DNA of 64,000 nt from Duganella sp. (lineage in GTDB: Bacteria > Pseudomonadota > Gammaproteobacteria > Burkholderiales > Burkholderiaceae_D): assembly GCA_040508275.1 (NCBI GenBank), contig JBEVNE010000342.1, positions 2,417-66,416 on the forward strand. Reading direction: 5' to 3'. A program made the position numbers and the translations under genes. Under the pieces are notes generated by a model. It ran no database searches. It saw only the letters and a program-made list of their open reading frames with translations, and was not told where the DNA came from. The stretch's first letter is position 1. Every line of letters starts with the position of its first letter. Positions 9,991 through 18,498 of this stretch are shown here, one piece after another.

Positions 9991-11151
9991 ATGAAGGCAA
10001 TGATATTGGCAGCAGGCAAAGGAACCCGGGTGCGCCCACTGACCTATGACTTGCCCAAACCGATGATACCGATCCTGGGCAAGCCCGTAATGGCCTACAT
10101 CATCGAGCATCTGGCCAAGTACGGTATCAATGAAATCATGGTCAACGTCAGCTATTTGCATGAAAAAATAGAACATTATTTCGGTGAGGGCCACCAGTAC
10201 GGCGTGCAGATCGGTTACTCCTTCGAAGGCTACACCACCGACAGCGGAGAAGTGGAAGCGAAGGCGCTCGGTTCGGCTGGTGGCATGAAGAAAATCCAGG
10301 AATTCGGCGGCTTTTTTGATGACACCACCATCGTCCTGTGTGGCGACGCCATCATCAACCTTGATATCAAGTCGGCGTTGTTCGAGCATCGCCGCCGCGG
10401 TGCGCTCGCCAGCGTCATCTGCCGTGAAGTGCCACTGGAGAAGGTATCAAGCTATGGCGTGGTAGTGAGCGACGAAAATGGCCGCATCAAGCAGTTCTAG
10501 GAAAAACCCAGTCAGGAAGAAGCGCTGTCGAACTTTGTCAGCACCGGCATCTATATCTTCGAACCAGAAATCCTCGACCTGATCCCGGCCGACACCGTGT
10601 TCGATATCGGCTCCGAGCTGTTCCCGCTGATGGTGGAAAAAGGCTTGCCTTTTTATGCGCAGAACCGCACCTTCAGCTGGATCGACATCGGCAGCGTCAA
10701 GGATTACTGGGAAGTGTCGCAAAGCGTGCTGATGGGGGAAGTGGCGCATATGGACGTGCCCGGCATGCAGTTGCGCGACGGCGTATGGGTGGGTCTGAAC
10801 ACCAGCATCGACTGGGAAGGTACGACCATCGAAGGCCCGGTCTATATCGGTTCGAACTGCAAGATTGAAGCAGGCACTACCATTGTCGGTCCTACCTGGA
10901 TCGGTCATGGCAGTCACCTGTGCGCCGGGTCCACCGTCGTGCGCAGTGTCCTGTTCGAATATACGCGCGTGTTACACGATGTAAGCTTTGAGGAAATGAT
11001 CGTATTCAAAGATTATAGTGTCAACCGCGCTGGCGACATGCGCCATGTGTCTGAATATGCGACTGACGAATGGATTAATGCGCGCGATCGCCGCAATAAG
11101 CGTCGTACCGATGTCGCGGTAGAAACTGCAAATAACAAGGAAGTGGCATGA
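9991..11151 (+). pseudogene. Sugar-1-phosphate nucleotidyltransferase (NDP-sugar synthase with hexapeptide C-terminus) interrupted by an in-frame TAG at 10498-10500
   Basis: ORFs 9991..10500 and 10597..11151 are in the same frame; read-through gives ...GRIKQF*EKPSQEEALSNFVSTGIYIFEPEIL..., with N-terminal MILAAGKGTRVRPLT...PKPM. One stop, at codon 170 of 386. Confidence 0.88.
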
Positions 11152-12557
11152 AAATTTATCCCGTGATTCTGTCGGGCGGTGCAGGTACGCGCTTGTGGCC
11201 GCTGTCGCGCGCCGTACTGCCTAAGCAATTGCTGCCGGTGGTAGCGGAGCGTACCATGTTGCAAGATACGGTAACCCGGCTTCATCAATGGCCTGAAATG
11301 CAGGCCCCCCTGGTTGTCTGCGGTAATGAGCACCGTTTTCTGGTCGCTGAGCAACTGCGCGATGCCGGCATTTCCCCGCTCGGCATCTTGCTCGAATCAG
11401 TCGGGCGCAACACCGCGCCGGCGGTCGCCGCCGCTGCCCATTATCTGCAAGGGATCGATCCCGAAGCGGTGATGCTGGTGTTGCCGGCCGACCACGTGAT
11501 TGAAGACCTGCAGGCTTTCCACGCCGCCATCGGACGTGCGGCCGACCTGGTGCGCGATGGTGCGCTGGCGACGTTTGGCGTTGTTCCAACGGCGCCGGAA
11601 ACCGGATACGGCTATGTACGCCGAGGTGCCGCCATTGGCGAAGGTTACAAGGTTGACCGTTTTGTCGAAAAACCCGATCTTGATACGGCCAAGGGCTTTG
11701 TGGCAGAAGGCAGCTATTATTGGAATAGCGGCATGTTCCTGTTCCAGGCTGCGACCTATATCAGTGAACTGCGCACTTTCCGGCCGGAAATCGAGCAGGC
11801 GGCTGAGGCGGCTGTGCGCAATGGCTACCGTGATCTCGATTTCTGCCGTCTCGAAGAAAAAGCGTTTTCCTCTTCACCGTCGGATTCGATCGACTACGCC
11901 GTCATGGAGCACACTCAGCGCGCCGTGGTGGTTCCGGCCGATATCGGCTGGAGCGATGTTGGTTCCTGGAGTGCGCTGTGGGAAGTGCTGCCGCACGACG
12001 CCCAGGGTAACGCGACCCGTGGCGACGTCTATCTCGATAACGTGAGTAACAGCCTGGTGCGCGCCGACGGCCGTATCGTGGCGCTGGTCGGTGTGGAGGA
12101 CCTCGTGGTAGTGGAAACCGCCGATGCCGTGCTGGTCGCGCACAAGGATCACGTGCAACGTGTCAAGCAGGTGGTGGACCACCTGAAATCTCAGGCGCGC
12201 ACCGAGCATCTGCATCACACCCGTGTCTATCGCCCTTGGGGCTCATACGAGGGCATCGATATCGGCGAGCGCTTCCAGGTCAAGCGCATCACGGTTAATC
12301 CGGGTGGCAAGCTGTCGTTGCAGATGCACCACCACCGCGCGGAACACTGGATCGTGGTCAGCGGTACGGCCAAGGTGACCTGCGGCGACACCGTCACGCT
12401 GCTGTCGGAAAACCAGTCGACGTACATACCGATCGGCATGAATCACCGTTTGGAAAACCCTGGCAAGTTGCCTCTGCACTTGATCGAAGTACAGTCTGGC
12501 AGTTATCTTGGCGAGGATGACATCGTGCGCTTCGAGGATGTTTATCAACGCGCATAA
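11148..12557 (+). CDS. manC: Mannose-1-phosphate guanylyltransferase / mannose-6-phosphate isomerase
   Basis: PVILSGGAGTRLWPLSR...PKQ, GRNTAPA, FVEKP, WNSGMF, SIDYAVME, WSDVGSW, cupin RPWG...SLQMHHHRAEHW. Confidence 0.95.
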   Translation: MKIYPVILSGGAGTRLWPLSRAVLPKQLLPVVAERTMLQDTVTRLHQWPEMQAPLVVCGNEHRFLVAEQLRDAGISPLGILLESVGRNTAPAVAAAAHYLQGIDPEAVMLVLPADHVIEDLQAFHAAIGRAADLVRDGALATFGVVPTAPETGYGYVRRGAAIGEGYKVDRFVEKPDLDTAKGFVAEGSYYWNSGMFLFQAATYISELRTFRPEIEQAAEAAVRNGYRDLDFCRLEEKAFSSSPSDSIDYAVMEHTQRAVVVPADIGWSDVGSWSALWEVLPHDAQGNATRGDVYLDNVSNSLVRADGRIVALVGVEDLVVVETADAVLVAHKDHVQRVKQVVDHLKSQARTEHLHHTRVYRPWGSYEGIDIGERFQVKRITVNPGGKLSLQMHHHRAEHWIVVSGTAKVTCGDTVTLLSENQSTYIPIGMNHRLENPGKLPLHLIEVQSGSYLGEDDIVRFEDVYQRA

Positions 12558-12570
12558 GTTCTCCCAGCGT

Positions 12571-12598
12571 AAAAAAGCGGCTTTGGCCGCTTTTTTTT
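12571..12598. terminator. Bidirectional intrinsic terminator after manC
   Basis: AAAAAA-GCGGC-TTTG-GCCGC-TTTTTTTT. Confidence 0.85.
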
Positions 12599-12769
12599 GC
12601 GTCAGATGTGGCGATGCAACAGAATGTTTTCACGCGACCATCAATCCATAAAAAAAAAGAAAGATAAGTATAGTATTGGTAACACGTCGGTTGATTCCGT
12701 GTTACTATCCAGTCTGGTTAGTTAAAAATATTTCATCGGCGCCACGGGCGCCCTTTTTAGGACAAAATT

Positions 12770-13387
12770 ATGAAAAATATGCTTAAAGCTGCTATTTTCG
12801 GCGCCCTGATCGCCTCCGCAGGTATTGCCCCTGTTGCCTACGCCGCCGATCCGGTGGTGATTCCTTCGCCAGTTGGCGCATTGAGCCAAACTACTGAGTC
12901 GCTGACGCTGCGCGCCGACGAAGAAGGCGGTTTTGGCGCGTTCTTCGGTCACGTATTCACCACGCGCCAAGCGGGTGTTTCCACCCTGAACAAGACCTTC
13001 AGCAACCTGTTCACCTTTACCGTAGGCGACACCTCGCAAACCTCGGGCGCCATCTCCGCTTCGTTCACCCGCACGCAGGATTTGGTGATCAATTCCTTCG
13101 ACGTGTACACCAGCGGCGGTACACTGGTCATCAAAGGCGACACCGAAGGCATTTCGACCCATACCCAGGAAAACGATAACTGGTTCTTGCCAGAAAATTC
13201 GTTCCTGACCGCCGGTAACTACTACCTGAAAGTTACTGGCCAGGTGCTGGGCGCCCAAGGCGGCACCTACGGTGGCTCGATGAACATCACCCCTGTGCCA
13301 GAAGCAGAAACCTATGCCATGCTGCTGGCTGGCCTGGGCCTGGTTGGTTTCGTTGGCCGTCGCAAAGCTGCCAAAAAAGCAGCCTAA
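12770..13387 (+). CDS. PEP-CTERM sorting-signal protein (resembles FxDxF-type)
   Basis: Sec signal peptide ending AYA; C-terminus TPVPEAETYAMLLAGLGLVGFVGRRKAAKKAA; FSNLFTF motif; stand-alone gene with its own terminator. Confidence 0.92.
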   Translation: MKNMLKAAIFGALIASAGIAPVAYAADPVVIPSPVGALSQTTESLTLRADEEGGFGAFFGHVFTTRQAGVSTLNKTFSNLFTFTVGDTSQTSGAISASFTRTQDLVINSFDVYTSGGTLVIKGDTEGISTHTQENDNWFLPENSFLTAGNYYLKVTGQVLGAQGGTYGGSMNITPVPEAETYAMLLAGLGLVGFVGRRKAAKKAA

Positions 13388-13438
13388 GCAACATGCTGAA
13401 GGGAAGGGCGCCATATCGGCGCATGCTTTCCCTCTCGT

Positions 13439-13466
13439 AAAAAACCCGCCGCTGGCGGGTTTTTTT
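13439..13466. terminator. Bidirectional intrinsic terminator after the PEP-CTERM gene
   Basis: AAAAAA-CCCGCC-GCT-GGCGGG-TTTTTTT. Confidence 0.85.
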
Positions 13467-13526
13467 ATGGCAACTACTGTGCTGCCGCTATAATCTGCTC
13501 TGGATCAAGTGCGCGAGGAGCGACAA

Positions 13527-14540
13527 ATGCGAACAGGGCAATGGGTAATGGCTGCGGTGATGGGGGGCGCCAGCCTGGCGGCTGCGGCCCAGACCATCCG
13601 GCCGGCCGGGGCCGAGCGCCTGCAGGCTGCGCAACTGGCGCTGGTGGTCAACGACGCAGAGCCGGACAGCATTGCCGTGGCCGAACTCTATCGCAAGGCC
13701 CATCATGTACCGGAAGCCAATATTGTGCATGTGCGCATACCGGGCAAGCCGCGCCGCCTGTCAGCCCGTTATTTTGCCGAACTGCGCCAGGAAATCGACG
13801 CCCAGTTACCACCGCAAACGCGCGCCATCCTGATGGTGTGGACGGCACCGTATGCTGTCGAGTGCAATAGCATTACCTCGGCCATGAGCAATGGCTTCGA
13901 TGCCGACCAGTGCAGCAAACCCTGCGGCCCCGGCAAGCCCACGGCATTCTTCGATGCCCCACAACTGGCCAACGTGCGCCTGAGCATGTTGTTGCCGATT
14001 GATACGCCCGAGCTGGCCAGGCATGTGATCGAGCGCGGCGCCACACGCACATTCAGTTTGCCCAAGGCGGGCGCTTATTTCCTGAATACCAGCGACCAGG
14101 CGCGCAGCAGCCGTGCGCGCTTTTTTCCGCCCTCGGGCGTGGTGCGCCAGAAAGAAGTAACGATCTACAACCGCAACGCCGATGTACTCGAAGGGGTGCA
14201 GGACATCATGCTGTACCACACCGGTCTGGTGCGTGTGCCCAAGCTCGATACCCTGCGCTTTTTGCCCGGTGCGCTGGCCGACCATCTGACCTCGACCGGT
14301 GGCGATCTGCTCGGTGACGCCCAGATGAGCAGCCTGCAATGGCTGCAGGCCGGGGCCACGGCCAGTTATGGAACGGTCTCCGAGCCCTGCAACTACTGGC
14401 AAAAATTTCCGCAATCAACCGTGCTGCTCAAGCAATACCTGAGCGGCCGCACCGCCATCGAAGCCTACTGGTCCAGCGTGGCCTGGCCGGCGCAGGGCCT
14501 ATTCATCGGCGATCCGCTGGCGGCGCCCTACGCCCGCTGA
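13527..14540 (+). CDS. TIGR03790-like conserved periplasmic protein (family typically found in PEP-CTERM/EPS loci)
   Basis: Signal peptide; LALVVND...SIAVAELY; FLPGALADHLTSTGG; GATASYGTVSEPC...KFP; EAYWSS...QGLFIGDPLAAPY. TATAAT at 13489-13494. Alternative start GTG 13509. Confidence 0.75.
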   Translation: MRTGQWVMAAVMGGASLAAAAQTIRPAGAERLQAAQLALVVNDAEPDSIAVAELYRKAHHVPEANIVHVRIPGKPRRLSARYFAELRQEIDAQLPPQTRAILMVWTAPYAVECNSITSAMSNGFDADQCSKPCGPGKPTAFFDAPQLANVRLSMLLPIDTPELARHVIERGATRTFSLPKAGAYFLNTSDQARSSRARFFPPSGVVRQKEVTIYNRNADVLEGVQDIMLYHTGLVRVPKLDTLRFLPGALADHLTSTGGDLLGDAQMSSLQWLQAGATASYGTVSEPCNYWQKFPQSTVLLKQYLSGRTAIEAYWSSVAWPAQGLFIGDPLAAPYAR

Positions 14541-14583
14541 GAGTTTCACTGCAGCGGGCGATTGATCCATTCGGATCAAGCGC

Positions 14584-14617
14584 TTGTCATGATACGGTCA
14601 TCCAGTCGTAATAATAT
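14584..14617 (+). promoter_or_regulatory. Pho box plus -10 element upstream of the ExeM/NucH nuclease
   Basis: TTGTCAT-GATA-CGGTCAT (14584-14601; 7-4-7 direct repeat, consensus CTGTCAT-A(A/T)A(T/A)-CTGTCA(C/T)), then exactly 10 nt, then TAATAT (14612-14617). Confidence 0.7.
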
Positions 14618-14666
14618 GCAAAATGCAATATTAAAAACATTTTGTTAACCTGGATCCAGACCGACA

Positions 14667-17600
14667 ATGAAAACATTCCGCACTGCGGCGGCCACCGCCG
14701 CCCCGGGTCGCCGCACCCTGATCGCCGCCGCCCTGCAAGCCGCTTCGATGGCAACCTTTTCCGCCCACGCGCTGGCCGAGGCGCCGGTCGTCATCAGCCA
14801 GGTGTATGGCGGTGGTGGTAACAGTGGCGCCACTTACAAGAACGATTTTATCGAAATCTTCAACCGCAGCGGCGCTGCGGTGAATATTGGCGGCTGGAGC
14901 GTACAGTACGCCAGCGCCGCTGGCACCAGCTGGAACCCGACCCGCGTGCCGGCCAATACCGTGCTGGCGCCAGGCCAGTACTATCTGTTCCAGCAAGCGG
15001 CTGGCACTGGCGGCACGGTCGATTTGCCCACTGCCGACGTGATCGGTACTGTCGCCATGAGCGGCACTTCGGGCAAGGTCGCGCTGGCGTCGTCTGCCAC
15101 GGCACTGACTGGCGCTCAGCCCTCTGGCCCGACGCTGGTCGATCTGTTTGGTTACAACGCCGGCGGTTTCGAGGGCGCCAGCGGTCCTGGCCTGTCCAAC
15201 ACCACGGCGGCGCTGCGCGCCAACGGCGGCTGCACCGATACCGACAACAACGCCAGCGATTTCACCACGGGCGCACCGAGCCCGCGCAACAGCGCCAGCC
15301 CCTTGCGCCAGTGCGGCGTGCCGGTTGAACCGCCGATCGTGCCGAGCTGCCCGGCCAGCCTGTCGCTGGCAGTCGGCGTGGGCGGCAGCGCCAGCCTGAG
15401 CGCGACCGATGCCGACGGCGTGGTGAATGCCGCCGCCGTGACGGCTGGCGCGGTCGCCGGCATCTCGCTGCAGGACTTCCAGGCGGCGCCTGCCGCCGGC
15501 GGCGAAGCCACCGCCAACCTCAGCGTTGCTGCCAGCGTGGCCGCAGGCAGCTACCCGGTGACGATTCGTTTCAATAACGACCAGTCGCAGCAGGCGCAGT
15601 GCACGGTCAATGTGCAGATTGCAGCACCGGGCGGCGTGACCCGCACGATTCCGCAAATCCAGGGTAGCGGTAACGCCAGCCCGGTGGCGGGTACCACGCA
15701 GACCACCGAAGGCGTGGTCACGGCCAAAGTGGGTTCCGGCTTCTTCATCCAGGACGAGCAGGGCGACGGCGACCCGCTGACCTCGGACGCTGTATTTGTC
15801 TACACGCCAGGCGCGGGCGCCGGTGCGGTGCAGGTAGGCGACCGCGTGCGCATTACCGCCACCGTCACCGATTACGTCCCGAACGGCAGCAACCGCGCGT
15901 ATACCGAGCTGACCAACGCCACCAGCATCGTGCGCCTGGCCGGCGGCATTGCGATTGCGCCGACCAATATCACGCTGCCGCATCCCGACCTGGGCCAGGT
16001 GGAAGGCATGCTGGTGCGCTTTACCAATACGCTGACCGTGTCGCAACTGCAGTACCTGGCCGACCGTGGCGAGGTGACACTGTCGGCTGGCCGCCTGGAA
16101 AACCCGACCAACCGCTACCGCCCCGGCACGCCGGAAGCGCTGGCGCTGACGGCCGCCAATGCGCGCAGCCAGATCATCCTCGACGATGGCATTTTTGTCG
16201 CGCCAGCCACGATTCCGTATCTGGGCGAAGACGGTTCGCTGCGCGCCGGCGATACGGTATCGGGCCTGACCGGCGTGATCGATTTTGGCGCCAAGGGTGG
16301 CGGTGGCGTGGCCTTCAAACTGCAGCCCACCGTGGCGCCCGTGTTCTCGCAAGACAATCCGCGCCCACCGGCGCCGGTACTGGCTGGCGGCAACGTGACA
16401 GTGGCCAGCGCCAACGTGCTCAATTACTTCACGACCTTTACCAATGGCGGCGATCACGAGGGCAATACCGGCCGGGGTTGCAGCATCGGCAGCAGCGCGC
16501 CATCGCGTGCGAACTGCCGTGGCGCCGACAACCTCAATGAATTCCAGCGCCAGAGCGCCAAGATCGTCGGCGAACTGAAAGCCCTGAACGCCGACGTGGT
16601 CGGCCTGATGGAAATCCAGAACGACGGCGACTACAGCGTGCAGCAACTGGTCGATGCGCTCAACGCCTCGATCGCGCCGGGAACCAAGACCTATGCGGTA
16701 GTGCCGCAGCCGGTCACCACCGGTACCGACGCCATTCGCGTCGCGATGATTTACAAGCCGGCAGCGCTGCGCCTGGCAGGCAATGCGCTGACCGACGGCG
16801 ACAGCATCAACAATCGCCCGCCAATGGCGCAAACCTTCGTGGCGCCCAACGGCGGCAAGTTCTCGGTGATCGTCAACCACCTGAAGTCCAAGGGCAGCTG
16901 CCCGTCGGCATCGAGCGTGGACGGTGACAAGAACGATGGCCAGAGCTGCTGGAACGCTACCCGTGTGCAACAGGCCCAGCGCCTGGTGAATACCTTCGTG
17001 CCGCAGGTGGTGGCGGCCAGTGGCGACGCACGCGTGTTGCTGATCGGCGACTTCAATGCCTACGGCCACGAAGATCCGATCCAGGCCATCGTCAACCAGG
17101 GTTTTGTGAATCAGCTTGAGCGCTTTGTGCGCGGCGCCGGCGCGATGCCGTACTCGTACGTGTTCAACGGCGAAGCAGGCTATCTCGACCATGCACTGGC
17201 GAGCAGCGCGCTCAATGCGCAGGTGGCGGGTGCGGCGGAATGGCATAACAACGCCGATGAACCGCCTGTGCTCGACTACAACACCGATGGCAAGCCGGAA
17301 GACAAGTACACGGCCGCCCCATACCGTGCCTCGGACCATGACCCGGTAGTGCTGAGCCTGAATCTGGCCGGTGCGCCGGTCGATGTGACGGCCAGCGTGC
17401 GCAGTGTCAGTTCCGGCCTCGTGCTTAACCGCGCCACGGGTAAATGGAGCGGCAGCGTGACCGTGACCAACACCGGCAGCAGCGCCCTGAGCGGTCCGCT
17501 GCAATTGAAGCTGAGCGGCCTGCCAGCCGGCGTGACGCTGGCCAATGCCAGCGGCAGCCATGCCGGTGCTCCGTACGTCAGTGCCGGTGTGGCCAGCCTG

Positions 17601-17696
17601 GCGCCGGGCGCCAGCGTTACCATCCCGCTGAGCTTCAGCAAAACCGGTACGGCAGCGATCAGCTATACCTCGACTATTTACAGCGGCAATTTCTAA
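14667..17696 (+). CDS. ExeM/NucH-family extracellular endonuclease (lamin-tail domain, OB-fold, EEP nuclease domain, extra C-terminal beta domain)
   Basis: VVISQVYGGGGNSGATYKNDFIEIFN (LTD); TIPQIQG...GFFIQDEQGDGDPLTSDAVFVY (OB); ANVLNYF, GLMEIQN, GTDAIRV, VNHLKSKG, IGDFNAY, YLDH, ASDHDPV (EEP). Signal peptide with GRRTLI. Confidence 0.93.
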   Translation: MKTFRTAAATAAPGRRTLIAAALQAASMATFSAHALAEAPVVISQVYGGGGNSGATYKNDFIEIFNRSGAAVNIGGWSVQYASAAGTSWNPTRVPANTVLAPGQYYLFQQAAGTGGTVDLPTADVIGTVAMSGTSGKVALASSATALTGAQPSGPTLVDLFGYNAGGFEGASGPGLSNTTAALRANGGCTDTDNNASDFTTGAPSPRNSASPLRQCGVPVEPPIVPSCPASLSLAVGVGGSASLSATDADGVVNAAAVTAGAVAGISLQDFQAAPAAGGEATANLSVAASVAAGSYPVTIRFNNDQSQQAQCTVNVQIAAPGGVTRTIPQIQGSGNASPVAGTTQTTEGVVTAKVGSGFFIQDEQGDGDPLTSDAVFVYTPGAGAGAVQVGDRVRITATVTDYVPNGSNRAYTELTNATSIVRLAGGIAIAPTNITLPHPDLGQVEGMLVRFTNTLTVSQLQYLADRGEVTLSAGRLENPTNRYRPGTPEALALTAANARSQIILDDGIFVAPATIPYLGEDGSLRAGDTVSGLTGVIDFGAKGGGGVAFKLQPTVAPVFSQDNPRPPAPVLAGGNVTVASANVLNYFTTFTNGGDHEGNTGRGCSIGSSAPSRANCRGADNLNEFQRQSAKIVGELKALNADVVGLMEIQNDGDYSVQQLVDALNASIAPGTKTYAVVPQPVTTGTDAIRVAMIYKPAALRLAGNALTDGDSINNRPPMAQTFVAPNGGKFSVIVNHLKSKGSCPSASSVDGDKNDGQSCWNATRVQQAQRLVNTFVPQVVAASGDARVLLIGDFNAYGHEDPIQAIVNQGFVNQLERFVRGAGAMPYSYVFNGEAGYLDHALASSALNAQVAGAAEWHNNADEPPVLDYNTDGKPEDKYTAAPYRASDHDPVVLSLNLAGAPVDVTASVRSVSSGLVLNRATGKWSGSVTVTNTGSSALSGPLQLKLSGLPAGVTLANASGSHAGAPYVSAGVASLAPGASVTIPLSFSKTGTAAISYTSTIYSGNF

Positions 17697-17707
17697 GGAT
17701 AAGCATC

Positions 17708-18346
17708 ATGATGTTCAATCACTCCCTGGTTTCCCTGCGCCGCGCCGCACTGGCGCTGGCTTTGTCTGCCTGCGCCAGCCTGGCTTCGGCTGCTTCCGTG
17801 TTTCAGATCGAAATCGATACCAGCTCGCTGGTCGCCAGCCATGGCAGCAGCGGCTGGCTCGATATGCAATTTAATCCTGGTAATGCCAACACGCCTTACG
17901 CCGAAGCCTTCCTGAGTAATTTCAGCGGCTTTGGCGATCCTGCCAGTGTTCTGGTGGATGGTAATGTCAGCGGTTCGCTGGGCGCCGGCTACGTCATCGG
18001 CAACGATGGTGCGGGCGGCTATAACGATCTGTTCCACGCAGTAAATTTTGGCGGCAAGGTCGGCTTCACGGTCAGCTTCAGCGGCGATCTTGATCCGGCA
18101 AGCAGCGGGCTCGGTTCGGCGTTTGCCGTGTCGTTGTTCAGCAACAGTATGGACCAGTTAGGCACCAGCGATCCTGCTGGCGCACTGGTGGTGCTGAACT
18201 GGACTTCGCTGGGCAGCGCAGTCGCCACGCCGCTGAACAACCAGATTGGCACGGCCGTCAGCGCCGTACCGGAACCGCAGACCTGGCTGATGCTGGGCGC
18301 CGGGCTGGCGCTGCTGGGCGGCATGGCGCGTCGTCGCAGGGCCTGA
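17708..18346 (+). CDS. PEP-CTERM sorting-signal protein (resembles NF038129-type), likely co-transcribed with the nuclease
   Basis: Starts 11 nt after the nuclease stop with AAGGA RBS; signal peptide; IDTSSL...GWLDMQFNPG; C-terminus SAVPEPQTWLMLGAGLALLGGMARRRRA. Confidence 0.9.
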   Translation: MMFNHSLVSLRRAALALALSACASLASAASVFQIEIDTSSLVASHGSSGWLDMQFNPGNANTPYAEAFLSNFSGFGDPASVLVDGNVSGSLGAGYVIGNDGAGGYNDLFHAVNFGGKVGFTVSFSGDLDPASSGLGSAFAVSLFSNSMDQLGTSDPAGALVVLNWTSLGSAVATPLNNQIGTAVSAVPEPQTWLMLGAGLALLGGMARRRRA

Positions 18347-18358
18347 GGCGGATGTGAT

Positions 18359-18395
18359 CATCGCCGCGCCCTTCAGTCATGGGGGCGCGGTGGTG
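18359..18395 (+). other. GC-rich hairpin after the nuclease/PEP-CTERM pair (possible atypical terminator or 3' stabiliser)
   Basis: CATCGCCGCGCCCTT...GGGGGCGCGGTGGTG pairs with several G-U wobbles; no U-tract. Confidence 0.45.
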
Positions 18396-18498
18396 CTGGC
18401 AGGTGATTTATAGTTTCAAGATATAAATATTCAAAATAAAACATATTAGTCAGCTCTTCGGCGCCTGCTGCATAGTGCTATTTTTGCACGGATACGCC

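Noticed and set aside
10498-10500. Pyrrolysine or genome-wide TAG reassignment
   Set aside because: No pyl genes in the window, TAG terminates several intact genes here, and one C-to-T change from Gln explains it.
10597-11151. Independent 184-aa gene starting at GTG 10597
   Set aside because: It is the in-frame C-terminal half of the nucleotidyltransferase; conserved motifs continue through 10501-10596.
13403-13412. 9-nt complementarity between the 3' UTR (AAGGGCGCC) and 5' UTR (GGCGCCCTT) of the PEP-CTERM mRNA
   Set aside because: Short, GC-rich and built on a self-palindromic GGCGCC core; each site has a local hairpin partner, so chance is likely.
14631-17561. 976-aa minus-strand ORF opposite the nuclease (likewise 26197-28626, 22330-24345, 36760-39072, 33850-35334, 50336-52207, 56800-58335)
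   Set aside because: Antisense shadow ORFs expected from GC-rich codon bias; they mirror well-supported genes and contain no recognisable motifs.
17444-17707. Extended N-terminus of the second PEP-CTERM protein (300-aa call)
   Set aside because: Overlaps the nuclease in another frame; the RBS and signal peptide support ATG 17708 or 17711.
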